A DNA stretch of 63,076 bases, counting the filler, from Thermodesulfobacteriota bacterium (GTDB lineage Bacteria > DASVDK01), in assembly GCA_036381125.1 (NCBI GenBank). It is 9 parts of 9 records of this genome, joined end to end, with 100 filler letters (N's around TTAATTAATTAA, not from the genome) between each part and the next. Parts side by side here need not be neighbours in the genome. Positions count along the whole stretch, not along the records: positions 17,886 to 21,538 come from DASVDK010000097.1; positions 21,639 to 27,050 come from DASVDK010000098.1; positions 27,151 to 36,461 come from DASVDK010000099.1; 6 more parts are not named here. One strand, written 5' to 3'. The first letter of the stretch is position 1. Every line of letters begins with the position of its first letter. The translations under genes and the position numbers were made by a program. Of the stretch, positions 19,037-28,163 are shown in pieces. Below the pieces are notes generated by a model that was not told the DNA's origin, ran no database searches, and worked only from the letters and a program-made list of their open reading frames with translations.

Positions 19037-19084
19037 GGAAACGGAACGACCCGCCGGAGGCCGGTGCGGCGCCGCGGCGGGTCG
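19037..19084 (-). terminator. Possible terminator after the 68-aa ORF
   Basis: 10-bp arms CGACCCGCCG (19047-19056) / CGGCGGGTCG (19075-19084), then TTCCGTTTCC on the minus strand (weak U tract). Confidence 0.35.
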
Positions 19085-19113
19085 GGGGTGGGGCCGGCTC
19101 GGCCGGCCGAACG

Positions 19114-19320
19114 CTAGCGGGCTTCGGCTTCGGCCGAGGCCCGATCGGCCTGGTGCGAGGCCTTGAACGCCTGGCGGGCCTGCGCGGTGCGCTCCCGGGC
19201 GTCGTTCCGGGCGGACTCGGCCTGCCGGATGCCGAAGTAGATGGCGCGCGCCCAGCCGGCCGCCGTCGCCAGCAGCGCGAACGCCCCGATGATCAGTACG
19301 ACTTCGAGGTTCATGTACAT
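19114..19320 (-). CDS. Small single-pass membrane protein with predicted coiled coil (68 aa)
   Basis: GGGAG RBS; hydrophobic N-terminus then Ala/Arg/Gln/Glu helix; strong promoter upstream. Confidence 0.6.
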   Translation of the reverse strand: MYMNLEVVLIIGAFALLATAAGWARAIYFGIRQAESARNDARERTAQARQAFKASHQADRASAEAEAR

Positions 19321-19441
19321 GTCGGATGCTCCCGAGGGCGCCGCGGGGCCGGGGCCGTTCCCGGCTTCGAAGCGGACCGTCGGCTGCGCTCCCGAGGAGC
19401 CTCCTCACGAGCCCCAGGCGCGCCGTGCCCCCGTGATTGTG

Positions 19442-19470
19442 AATATAAGCACAGAAGAGTGGTCTGTCAA
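19442..19470 (-). promoter_or_regulatory. Near-consensus sigma70 promoter
   Basis: Minus strand TTGACA-17-TATATT. Confidence 0.75.
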
Positions 19471-19475
19471 GAGGA

Positions 19476-19567
19476 AATTGGTCCGGCCAAAATCGCGCTT
19501 CCAGTGCCGTTCTGGCCTCCGCAACGCGGTTCGTAAGCCCTCTATCGGCAATTTGGTAGGACCAGTT
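19476..19567. promoter_or_regulatory. FadR/GntR-family (PdhR/LldR/GlcC-like) operator boxes
   Basis: AATTGGTCCGGCCAAAA (19476-19492) and ATTTGGTAGGACCAGTT (19551-19567) versus consensus AATTGGTnnnACCAATT. Confidence 0.55.
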
Positions 19568-19656
19568 GGTACAGATCGCAAGGTGTCGAAACTCCTGAGG
19601 ACCCGGCGCGCCAAACCGCGGCGCGCCACGGACGCCCGGACAGCGGGCGGACCGCC

Positions 19657-20529
19657 TCAGGCAAGGGCGAGCAGGACGACCCCGGCGAGGACCGCGACGG
19701 CGCCGAGGGCGCGCGGAGCGTTCACCGGCTCCTCGAGCACGAACGCCCCCAGCGCGGTGCCGACGACGATCGCCAGCTCCCGGCCGGCCACCACGTACGC
19801 GAGCGGCGCGAGCCGCATGGCGGCCAGGACGAGGCCGTAGGCGCCGAGTATCCCGGCGGCGCAGGCGACGGCGAGGCCGAGCCCGTTGCCGCGAGCCGCA
19901 GCCGCGAGGCGGCGCCGGCGAGCCGGCGTGCGCAGCCAGGCCGGCGCGAGGAGGAGGGCCGCGCCGACCATCTGGAGCCCCAGGTAGACCGGCGGCGACA
20001 CGACGCCCACGCCGACGCGGTCGACGAGCGAGTAGGACGCCGACGTGGCGCCGACCGCGAGCCCGAAGGCCACGCCGGCGCCCCGGGACCCTTCGCGCCC
20101 TGCCTCGCGGCCGCCGAGCCCCCCCGACGCCACGAGCGCCAGTCCGGCGACGATCGTCCCGACCCCGGCCCAGCCGAGCGTCGAGAGCCGGTCGCCGAGG
20201 AGCGCGGGGGCGAGGAGCGCCACGAGGAGGGGCGAGCTGCCGCGGGCGACCGGGTAGACGACGGAGAGATCGCCTCGCCGGTACCCGGCGCCGAGGAGCG
20301 CGAAGTAGCCGGCGTGGATCGCCCCGCTCGCGGCGGCGGCGGCAAGCCCGACCGGCGGGACGCCGCCGGTCGCGAGCCCGACGACGCCGAAGGGGAGCGA
20401 GAGGAGCGCCGCCGCCCAGCTCGCGACGACCAGGAATGCGTCCTGGTCGGTCGCGCGCTTGGCGAGGAGGTTCCAGGTGGCGTGGATGCCGGCCGCGCCG
20501 AGGATCAGGGCGAGCGCGTCAGCGCCCAC
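19657..20529 (-). CDS. EamA/DMT family transporter
   Basis: HATWNLLAK, GDLSVVYPVARG, YSLVD; about 10 TM segments. Confidence 0.88.
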   Translation of the reverse strand: MGADALALILGAAGIHATWNLLAKRATDQDAFLVVASWAAALLSLPFGVVGLATGGVPPVGLAAAAASGAIHAGYFALLGAGYRRGDLSVVYPVARGSSPLLVALLAPALLGDRLSTLGWAGVGTIVAGLALVASGGLGGREAGREGSRGAGVAFGLAVGATSASYSLVDRVGVGVVSPPVYLGLQMVGAALLLAPAWLRTPARRRRLAAAARGNGLGLAVACAAGILGAYGLVLAAMRLAPLAYVVAGRELAIVVGTALGAFVLEEPVNAPRALGAVAVLAGVVLLALA

Positions 20530-20541
20530 GGGTGCCCCGGA

Positions 20542-21538
20542 TCACGTGCCGTCGCCCCGCGGCGCCCCTCCGCGCGCGATGGCCTCGTGCAGGAGCACCA
20601 CCGGATGGTGTGCCCTGCGCCCCGTGCCGTGCGCGATCTGCTGGCGGCAGGAGACGCCGGTCGCGGCCACGAGCGTCTCCGGCCCCTCGGCCCTCACGGC
20701 GGGGAAGAGACGCTGGCCCCCGATGGCCATCGACAGGTCGTAGTGCTCGGCCTCGAACCCGAAGGAGCCGGCCATCCCGCAGCAGCCGGCGTCCAGCTCG
20801 ACGACCTCGGCCCCCGGGATGCGCGCGAGGAGGGCGACGGTGGCGGCGGTGCCGGCGAGCGCCTTCTGATGGCAGTGGCCGTGGAAGAGGACGCGCCGCG
20901 GCGGCTGCCCGTTCGCCGCGGGAACGGCGAGGGCGCCCTGGTCGATCGCCTCGACGAGCAGCTCCTCGACGAGCCGCGCCCGCTTCGCCACGGCCGCCGC
21001 GTCCGCGTTCCCGGGGAGGAGCGCGGGGTGCTCCTCGCGCAGTGTGAGGAGGCAGGAGGGCTCGCAGCCGACGATCGTCACGCCGCGGGCCGCCTCGGGC
21101 CCGAGCTTCGCCGCCAGGGCGGCGGCGCTCGCCTTCGCGTCCCGGAGCAACCCCTTCGAGATCTGGGCGCGACCGCAGCAGACCTCGGTCTCGAGCCGGA
21201 CTCGGTAGCCGGCTCGCTCGAGCAGCTCGACCGCCGCGCGACCGATGTCCGGCTCGGTGAAGCTCGTGAAGGAGTCGGCGAGGAAGACGACCTCGCCCCG
21301 CGTGCCGCCGCCGGCCGGGGCGGGCCGCGAGGCGAACCAGCGCGGCAGGGTCTCCCGCTGGAAGCGGGGCAGCGGCCGCCGCCGGTCGATCCCGGCCACC
21401 TTCTCGAGGAGCCAGCGGGCGGGGCCGAAGCGCGACGGGACGTTCGACAGGGGCGCCAGGGCCGAGCCGATCCGGTTGAGCGACCGCACGTGCCCGAAGA
21501 GGCGGGCCCTGAGCGGGACGCCGTGCACCGCGTAGTGG
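20542..21538 (-). CDS. GlcF/YdiJ-like Fe-S oxidoreductase, C-terminal CCG domains (5' truncated)
   Basis: VCCGR, EPSCLLTLREE, HGHCHQKA, GCCGMAGSFG, GVSCRQQI. Confidence 0.88.
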
Positions 21539-21638
21539 NNNNNNNNNNNNNNNNNNNNNNNNNNNNNNNNNNNNNNNNNNNNTTAATTAATTAANNNNNN
21601 NNNNNNNNNNNNNNNNNNNNNNNNNNNNNNNNNNNNNN
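21539..21638. other. Artificial contig linker
   Basis: 44 N + TTAATTAATTAA + 44 N. Confidence 0.99.
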
Positions 21639-21871
21639 AGGGTCGACTTGCCGCAGCCGGAGGGGCCGACGATGGCGAAGAACTCGCCCGTGATCAGGTC
21701 GAGGTCGATCGGACCGAGGGCGTGTACGTCCCCGCCCCCCTGCGGGCGGGTGAAGACCTTGGTCACGCCCCTGAGCCGCACATGCGCCGCCCCGGAGGGG
21801 GCCGCCGCGGGAGAGTCGCGGCCCGGGAGGGCCCGGGCCGCGGGCGCGATCCCCTCGCGAGCCGCCATCAC
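21639..21871 (-). CDS. SsuB/TauB-like ABC ATP-binding protein (3' truncated)
   Basis: GEFFAIVGPSGCGKST Walker A, running into the gap. Confidence 0.85.
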
Positions 21872-22848
21872 TTCGGGGCCTTGATGTCGTCGGGCAGGAA
21901 CTGCGTGTCGATGACCTTCTCGAAGTCGACCTCCCCCTTGATCGTCCCGAGGCCGCGCTGCAGCTCGATCATCCGCTTGAGCCCGTCCATGTGGAACTGC
22001 CCCGAGCCCCAGTACGGCACGCCCTGCGTCCGGCTCGAGGTGAGGTTGCGGACGGCGCTGCGCGCCACCTCCGGCTCCAGGTTGTAGTGCCTGGCGATGA
22101 TGTCGCCCGCCTCGTCGGGGTTCCGGTGCATGAACTCCACCGCCCGGCGCCTCGCCCGGATCACGGCGCGGATGAAGTCCCCCTGCTCGGCGGCCATGTC
22201 GACGGTCGTGACGCCGACGACGTTGTCGAGGGGCGGCAGGACCTCGCTCGCGGTCACGACGGCGCGGTACCTGTCCTTGACCTTCGACCAGAGCGGCTCG
22301 ACGACGGCGGCCACGTCGATGAGCCCGCTCTCGAGGGCGGCGAGCATCTCGCCGAACCCGCCGGTCCTGACGATCTCGGCCTCGTGGGGCTCGAGGCCGG
22401 CCCGCTGGATCAGCATCTGCGCCAGCGCCTGGCTCGTCGAGCGCGGATTCGTGTAGCCGATCTTCTTGCCCTTGAAGTCCTGGAGGGTCCTGATCGGCGA
22501 GTCGGGCTTGACCGCCCAGACGAACTCGGCGACGGTGAGGACGTTGTCGCTGATGATCTTGAGGTCGGCCCCCTGCTGGATGGCCGCCACCACGACGCCG
22601 GGGTTGACCTCGCCGTAGGGGACGCCGCCGGCCAGCATGTTGCGCAGCGACGTGCCGCCGCCGGACGAGGTGATGATGCCGGTGACCTCGATCCCCTCCT
22701 CCTTGAAGTAGCCCTTGTCGAGCGCGACCGCGAACGGCATGCCGTTGGCCGCGACCCCGAAGTTGCCGACCGCGATCTGCGTCGCCTGGGCCGGGCGGGA
22801 CGAGACCGCAACCGCCAGCGCGAGCGCGACGAGCGCCGGGATCTTCAT
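21868..22848 (-). CDS. SsuA/NMT1/THI5-like ABC substrate-binding protein
   Basis: Signal peptide; VALDKGYFKEEGI; DFKGKKIG; GGAGGAG RBS. Confidence 0.88.
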   Translation of the reverse strand: MKIPALVALALAVAVSSRPAQATQIAVGNFGVAANGMPFAVALDKGYFKEEGIEVTGIITSSGGGTSLRNMLAGGVPYGEVNPGVVVAAIQQGADLKIISDNVLTVAEFVWAVKPDSPIRTLQDFKGKKIGYTNPRSTSQALAQMLIQRAGLEPHEAEIVRTGGFGEMLAALESGLIDVAAVVEPLWSKVKDRYRAVVTASEVLPPLDNVVGVTTVDMAAEQGDFIRAVIRARRRAVEFMHRNPDEAGDIIARHYNLEPEVARSAVRNLTSSRTQGVPYWGSGQFHMDGLKRMIELQRGLGTIKGEVDFEKVIDTQFLPDDIKAPK

Positions 22849-24332
22849 GGCTCTCCTCCGTTGGAGTTGAAGACGACGTTGACGTTCTTGATCTGCGTGC
22901 AGGCGAGCAGCTCCTCGATCGACTCCTCGCGGCCCAGGCCGGACTGCTTGTAGCCGCCGAACGGGACGCCGACGTGGTGGGTGGCCGCGTCGTTGATCCA
23001 GACGTAGCCGGCCTGGAGGCGCGAGGCGAGGCGGTGGGCGCGGTCGAGGTCCTGCGTCCAGATCGAGGCGGTGAGGCCGTAGTCGAGGGCGTTCACGCGC
23101 GAGACGAGGTCGTCCTCGTCGCGCCAGCGGAGGAGGCTCACCACCGGCCCGAAGATCTCCTCGCGCGCGATCCGCATGTCGTCCGTCACGTCGGCGAAGA
23201 CGGTCGGCTCGACGAAGAAGCCGCGGGCGAGCCGCGGGTCGTCCGGCCGGCGGCCGCCGTGGAGGAGCCGCGCCCCCTCCTCCCGACCGATCCGGATGTA
23301 GCTCATCGTCCTGTCGAACTGCGCCCGGCTCGAGAGGCAGCCCATCTCGGTGGCGGGATCGGTCGGCGGCCCGACCCGGATCGCGGCCACCTCCTTCACG
23401 ATGGCCGGAAGGGCGGCCTCGTAGACGTCCTCGTGCAGGAAGACCCGGCTGGTCGAGTTGCACGACTGCCCGGTCACGTAGCGGAAGTTCATGCCGCGCA
23501 CGACGGCCCGGCCGATCGTGGCCGGGCTCGTGTCGGGGCAGGCGACGAGGGCGTTCTTGCCGCCGAGCTCGAGCGTCAGCGCCTTCAGCGTGTCGCTCGC
23601 CGAGCGCATGACGGCGCGGCCGGCGGCGACGCTGCCGATGAAGCCGATCTTGGCCACGCGGGGGTGCCCGGCGAGCGCGGCGCCCGCCTCCCGGCCGCCG
23701 GTCACGACGTTGAAGACGCCCGGCGGGAAGACGTCGCGCCAGAGCTCGGCGAGGCGGAGCGCGGAGAGCGGCGTCTGGTCGGCCGGCTTGACGACGAGCG
23801 TGTTGCCGGCCGCGAGCGGCGCGGCCGCCTTGGCGGCGACGAAGAGGAGGGGATGGTTGAAGGCGCCGATCCTCGCCGCGACGCCGAGCGGCTCGCGGAC
23901 GGTGTAGTTGAGCACGCCCGGGCCGATCGGAATGGTCGCCCCCTTGATCTCGGCCACGAGCCCGGCGAAGTACTCCATGTACTCGACGCTGATGTCGGCG
24001 TCGTAGAGCATCGCCCGGAGCGGGTTGCCGGCGTCGAGCGCGTCGAGGTAGCCCAGCTCCTCGCGATGCCGCGCGAGGATTCGCGCGGCCTCCCGGATCC
24101 GGGCCGCGCGCTCGCACGCCGGCGTGTCGCGCCAGCCGGGGAAGGCGGCGTGCGCCGCGCGGACGGCCAGGTCGACGTCGGCCGCGTCGCCGTCGGCGGC
24201 GGTCCCGAGGTCCTCGCCGGTTGCGGGGCTCGTCACCGGGATCGTGCGGCCCGCGACCGGGGCGTGCCAGGCGCCCCCGTAGAAGAGGCCGCGTTCGCGC
24301 GGGAGACAGGACGGCGCGGGATCGTGAGCCAT
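22845..24332 (-). CDS. NAD(P)-dependent aldehyde dehydrogenase
   Basis: FIGSVAAG, LELGGKN, GQSC, EEIFGPV, PFGGYKQSG. Confidence 0.93.
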   Translation of the reverse strand: MAHDPAPSCLPRERGLFYGGAWHAPVAGRTIPVTSPATGEDLGTAADGDAADVDLAVRAAHAAFPGWRDTPACERAARIREAARILARHREELGYLDALDAGNPLRAMLYDADISVEYMEYFAGLVAEIKGATIPIGPGVLNYTVREPLGVAARIGAFNHPLLFVAAKAAAPLAAGNTLVVKPADQTPLSALRLAELWRDVFPPGVFNVVTGGREAGAALAGHPRVAKIGFIGSVAAGRAVMRSASDTLKALTLELGGKNALVACPDTSPATIGRAVVRGMNFRYVTGQSCNSTSRVFLHEDVYEAALPAIVKEVAAIRVGPPTDPATEMGCLSSRAQFDRTMSYIRIGREEGARLLHGGRRPDDPRLARGFFVEPTVFADVTDDMRIAREEIFGPVVSLLRWRDEDDLVSRVNALDYGLTASIWTQDLDRAHRLASRLQAGYVWINDAATHHVGVPFGGYKQSGLGREESIEELLACTQIKNVNVVFNSNGGEP

Positions 24333-24346
24333 GCATCCCACTCCTT

Positions 24347-26143
24347 TCACGGGGTCGACGGGGCCGACGGGATCTGCCGCAGGAGGCTCGAGGACACGGC
24401 GCGGGCGTACTCGGGCGCGACGTGGACGTCGACGACGCAGACCCGACCCGCCCGCGTCTCGCGGACGCCCGCCTCGAGGGCGGCCGCGAGCGCCTCGGGG
24501 CCGCGCACCGGCCCGAGGCCGACGGCCCCCTGGCCGCGGGCGAGCATCGCGAGGTCCATCCGCGGGTCGCTCATGCGGAGCCCGATCGAGCGGTTCTCGA
24601 CCGGCCGCCCGCGCGTCCGCGCCACCCCCTCCTGGTGCAGCTCGTCGTTGAAGAAGGACTCGTTGTTGGCGACGAGGACGAGGAGCGGCACGCGGTAGTG
24701 GACGGCCGTCCAGATCGCGGTGAGCCCCATGAGGTAGTCGCCGTCGCCGAGGATGGCCACCGGGAGCCGGTCGCTCCCCCGCAGCGCCAGCGCGGCGCCG
24801 ACCGCCATGCCGGGACCCGAGCCGATGCCGCCGCCGCCGTCGTACCCGACGTAGTCGAGCGGCGAGCGGAAGCGACAGAAGGCGCCGGGCCAGCCGAGCG
24901 GCAGCCGGATGTAGGCCGGGTTGTGCGGGGCGAGGAGGTCGGTGGCCGTGGCGGCCAGGGCGTGCATCGAGAGGCGCCCGTCCCTGACCGGCGGCCCCGG
25001 CGCCTCGCGCTCGGCGCTCGCGGCCGGCGGCGTCCGGGCGTGAACGCGGCCAGGCCCCAGGGCCACGAGGAGGCGCTCGACGAACCGGTCGGGCGAGGCG
25101 AGGGCCGAGAGGTCGGCCGGCGGGAGCGCCTGGTGGTCCATGCTCCAGCCGTTGTGGACGTACGGGTCGAGCGAGCACTGGACGACCCTGGCCTCCGGGA
25201 GCCGGCCGTCGCAGGCCTGCCTGAGCGTCCCCGCGAGGTCGATCCAGTCGAGGCTCACGATCACGTCCGCCTCGCGGACGAGGGCGCCGGCCTCGCGCGT
25301 GACGTAGAGGCCGGGCGGGAAGGGGTGGAGCGGGTGCTCGGTCGGGAAGGTCGCTCCCGTCTTGAGGTCGGTGAGGACCCGCGCCCCACAGCGCTCGGCG
25401 AGCGCGACCCGCCGGTCCCAGTCCTCCTGCCGCGCCGAGACGCGGCCGATCATGACGAGCGGTCGGTGCGCGGCCTCGAGGAGCGCCCGGGCCTCCTCGA
25501 CGAAGTCCCGCGGCGGCTCGGCCGCGCGGGGCGGGCGGTACCGCGCGAGCGCCGGCGGCTCCGGGGGCGTCCGGACCATCTGCTCCTGCGTGGCGGCGTC
25601 GAGGCAGACGTACACCGGTCCCCTGGGCTCGGTGATCGCGATCCGGTGCGCGCGGACGAGCGCTTCGAGCGCCGCCGGCACGGAGGCCGGCTGGTTGTCC
25701 CACTTCGTGTACCCTCGGACGAGCGCGCCGAGGTCGCTCGTGGTGTGGAGCCAGTCGACCCACGGCCGGCGCTGGGCGGCGTCCATGGGGCCCTGCGCGC
25801 CGACGATCAGGATCGGCACCCGGTCGCACCAGGCGTTGAAGATCGCCATCGTGGCGTGCATGAGGCCGACGTTGCTGTGGAGCGCCACTGCCATGGGCCG
25901 TCCCGTCACCCGGGCGTAGCCGTGGGCGAGTGCGACCGCGTTCTCCTCGTGCACGCAGAGGAGCAGCTCCGGCCGGGTGTTGCCGAGGTAGTTGACGAGG
26001 CTGTCGTGGAGCCCCCGGAAGCTCGCCCCGGGGGTCAGGGCCACGAACTCCACGCCCAGCTCGCGCAGCAGCGCGGCGATCGCGTCGCTGCCCCATTCGC
26101 GCGCGCCCGCCGCCATCGGCGCGGGACGCTCCGCGGCGCTCAC
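24347..26143 (-). CDS. Thiamine diphosphate-dependent enzyme (benzoylformate decarboxylase/ALS-like)
   Basis: PGASFRGLHDSLVN, HEENAVALAHGY, GDGD...NN ThDP motif; GTG overlaps the upstream stop. Confidence 0.9.
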   Translation of the reverse strand: MSAAERPAPMAAGAREWGSDAIAALLRELGVEFVALTPGASFRGLHDSLVNYLGNTRPELLLCVHEENAVALAHGYARVTGRPMAVALHSNVGLMHATMAIFNAWCDRVPILIVGAQGPMDAAQRRPWVDWLHTTSDLGALVRGYTKWDNQPASVPAALEALVRAHRIAITEPRGPVYVCLDAATQEQMVRTPPEPPALARYRPPRAAEPPRDFVEEARALLEAAHRPLVMIGRVSARQEDWDRRVALAERCGARVLTDLKTGATFPTEHPLHPFPPGLYVTREAGALVREADVIVSLDWIDLAGTLRQACDGRLPEARVVQCSLDPYVHNGWSMDHQALPPADLSALASPDRFVERLLVALGPGRVHARTPPAASAEREAPGPPVRDGRLSMHALAATATDLLAPHNPAYIRLPLGWPGAFCRFRSPLDYVGYDGGGGIGSGPGMAVGAALALRGSDRLPVAILGDGDYLMGLTAIWTAVHYRVPLLVLVANNESFFNDELHQEGVARTRGRPVENRSIGLRMSDPRMDLAMLARGQGAVGLGPVRGPEALAAALEAGVRETRAGRVCVVDVHVAPEYARAVSSSLLRQIPSAPSTP

Positions 26144-27030
26144 CCGCGCACCTCCCCGGCGACGCTCGCCTCGAGCGCGCGCCACCGGGCGAGGCCGACC
26201 GCCTCGTCGAGCGCCGCGCGCACCTCGCTCCCCTCCGCGAGCGGCTCGAAGCCCTCTCGCCCGTCCGCGTACCGCCGCAGCTCGGCGAGCGCGCGCCGCG
26301 TGGCGGCGACCGCCCTGAAGAGGACGGTCGCCGGGAAGGAGACGTGGCGGAACCCCATGGCGCCAAGCTCGGCCGGCGAGAGCCAGGGCGTCCCCGACCC
26401 TTCGAAGATCGCGGCGGAGAGGATCGTGCCGCCGAGGGCCCGTCCGACCCGCTCGTAGTCCTCGGGACGCCGGAGGCCCGCCACGAACACCCCGTCCACC
26501 CCGACCGTCAGGAACCGCTCGCCCCGGCGCAGCGCGGCGTCGAGGCCGAGGGCGCCGAAGGCGTCCGTGCGGCCGATGACGAGCGTCTCGCGGCTGCGAC
26601 GGGCCGCCAGCGCGACCTCGAGCTTCCGCTCGATCACCGCCTCGTCGACGACCGCCGCCGCCCGGTCGGCCCGCTGCTGCTTGCGCTCGCGGAGCTGATC
26701 CTCGATCAGCACGCCGCCGACCCCGAGGTCCTCGTAGGCGGCGATCGTCCGCACCACGCTCTTCGCGTCGCCGTAGCCGTCGTCTCCGTCGGCGAGGAAC
26801 GGCAGCGACGAGCCGGCGGCGATGTCGCGGATCCCCTCGACCATGTCTCGCAGGCCGATCAGGCCGATGTCGGGGAGGGCGTAACGCGTCGCGAGGAGCG
26901 CCGAGCCGCCCACCGCGAACGCCCGGAAGCCGGCCTGCTCGATGAGCCGCGCGGAGAGGGCGTCGTGGGCGAGCGGCGTGACGAGCGGGCGCTCGGCGTC
27001 GAGCGCCTGCCGAAGGGGCGGCCGGATCAC
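26140..27030 (-). CDS. Isocitrate lyase / PEP mutase superfamily protein with atypical gating loop
   Basis: HDALSARLIEQAGF, LPDIGL, ADGDDGYG, IEDQ, GRTDA; start lies close to the contig end. Confidence 0.85.
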   Translation of the reverse strand: MIRPPLRQALDAERPLVTPLAHDALSARLIEQAGFRAFAVGGSALLATRYALPDIGLIGLRDMVEGIRDIAAGSSLPFLADGDDGYGDAKSVVRTIAAYEDLGVGGVLIEDQLRERKQQRADRAAAVVDEAVIERKLEVALAARRSRETLVIGRTDAFGALGLDAALRRGERFLTVGVDGVFVAGLRRPEDYERVGRALGGTILSAAIFEGSGTPWLSPAELGAMGFRHVSFPATVLFRAVAATRRALAELRRYADGREGFEPLAEGSEVRAALDEAVGLARWRALEASVAGEVRG

Positions 27031-27050
27031 GCCGGCCGCCGGGAAGGGCT

Positions 27051-27150
27051 NNNNNNNNNNNNNNNNNNNNNNNNNNNNNNNNNNNNNNNNNNNNTTAATT
27101 AATTAANNNNNNNNNNNNNNNNNNNNNNNNNNNNNNNNNNNNNNNNNNNN
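27051..27150. other. Artificial contig linker
   Basis: 44 N + TTAATTAATTAA + 44 N. Confidence 0.99.
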
Positions 27151-27151
27151 C

Positions 27152-27325
27152 GCGGGCGAGGGGCGCGGGACGCTCGCGGCCGCGATCGACGAGTCGGTGC
27201 CGGTCCCGGTGCTGAGCGCGGCCCTCTACGAGCGCTTCACGTCGCGGGGCGAGGCCGAGTTCGCGAACCGACTGCTCTCGGCCCTCCGCTACGAGTTCGG
27301 CGGCCACAGGGAGAAGCCGGCGTGA
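27152..27325 (+). CDS. gnd: 6-phosphogluconate dehydrogenase (short YqeC type), C-terminus; absent from ORF track
   Basis: Manual translation: GEGR..AIDESVPVPVLSAALYERFTSRGEAEFANRLLSALRYEFGGHREKPA*. Confidence 0.85.
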   Translation, partial: AGEGRGTLAAAIDESVPVPVLSAALYERFTSRGEAEFANRLLSALRYEFGGHREKPA

Positions 27326-27493
27326 GCCGGCGGAGAGGCGAGCGGCCACCGGTCGTGGGGACCGGGGCGAAGCCCCGGTCGAGCGGAGGCCCGGCTTCGC
27401 CGGGCCGGAGCGGAGGGCGGCCGCGAGCCGTTGAGGGAGAAGCCGGCGTGAGCCGGCGGAGAGGCGCGCCGTGAGGCGAGCGGCCACCGGTCG
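27308..27493. repeat. 33-bp direct repeat flanking a double-hairpin insert
   Basis: 27308-27340 is identical to 27434-27466; 27335-27355 is identical to 27473-27493; hairpins at 27360-27380 and 27388-27406. Confidence 0.8.
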
Positions 27494-28163
27494 AGCAGAG
27501 GCCCAGTACGAGATCTGGCTCGTGCGCCACGGCGAGACCGCATGGAGCCGGAGCGGGCGGCACACCGGGCGCACCGATGTCCCGCTGACCCCCTCCGGCG
27601 AGGAGCAGGCGCTGGCGATCGGCCGCCGCCTCGCCGGCCGGCCGTTCGCCCTCGTCCTGACCAGCCCGCTGGCGCGCGCTCGCGAGACCTGCCGCCTCGC
27701 CGGGTACGGGACCGCCGCCGTGGTGACGGACGACCTGCGCGAGTGGGACTACGGGCGATACGAGGGCCGCCGGACCGACGAGATCCGGCAGGAGGTCCCC
27801 GGCTGGTCCATCTGGACGGACGGCGTGCCCGGCGGCGAGACGGTGGACGAGGTCGGCGACCGGGCCCGGCGCGTGATCGACCGGGCGCTGGCGGCAGGGG
27901 GCGACGTGGCGCTCTTCGCCCACGGCCACGTCCTGCGGGTCCTCGCCGCGGTCTGGATCGGCCTGCCGCCGAGCGGCGGCCGGCACCTCGCGCTGGGGAC
28001 CGCCGCGCTGAGCGTGCTCGGCTACGAGCGGGAGACCCGGGTCATCGGCGTCTGGAACCAGGACTGGCGCCTCGTGCGCGACGATCGTCGGGGTCAGGCT
28101 GTCCGCGTACGGCCTCGCGGCGTCACTCCGGCAGCCACGGTGCCCAGACGTCCCGCTCCATGA
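27471..28163 (+). CDS. Histidine phosphatase family protein
   Basis: LVRHGET, HTGRTD, SPLARARET, EWDYGRYEG, FAHGH. Confidence 0.9.
   Translation: MRRAATGRAEAQYEIWLVRHGETAWSRSGRHTGRTDVPLTPSGEEQALAIGRRLAGRPFALVLTSPLARARETCRLAGYGTAAVVTDDLREWDYGRYEGRRTDEIRQEVPGWSIWTDGVPGGETVDEVGDRARRVIDRALAAGGDVALFAHGHVLRVLAAVWIGLPPSGGRHLALGTAALSVLGYERETRVIGVWNQDWRLVRDDRRGQAVRVRPRGVTPAATVPRRPAP

Noticed and set aside
22845..27030. Phosphonate biosynthesis cluster (PEP mutase + decarboxylase + dehydrogenase)
   Set aside because: The PepM EDKxxxxxNS motif is absent, the ThDP enzyme is a ~600-aa ALS/BFD type, and the importer points to catabolism.
27308..27466. 33-bp direct repeats as a mini-CRISPR or prophage att sites
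   Set aside because: The 93-bp interval is too long for a spacer, the repeat includes gnd coding sequence, and no integrase or cas gene is present.
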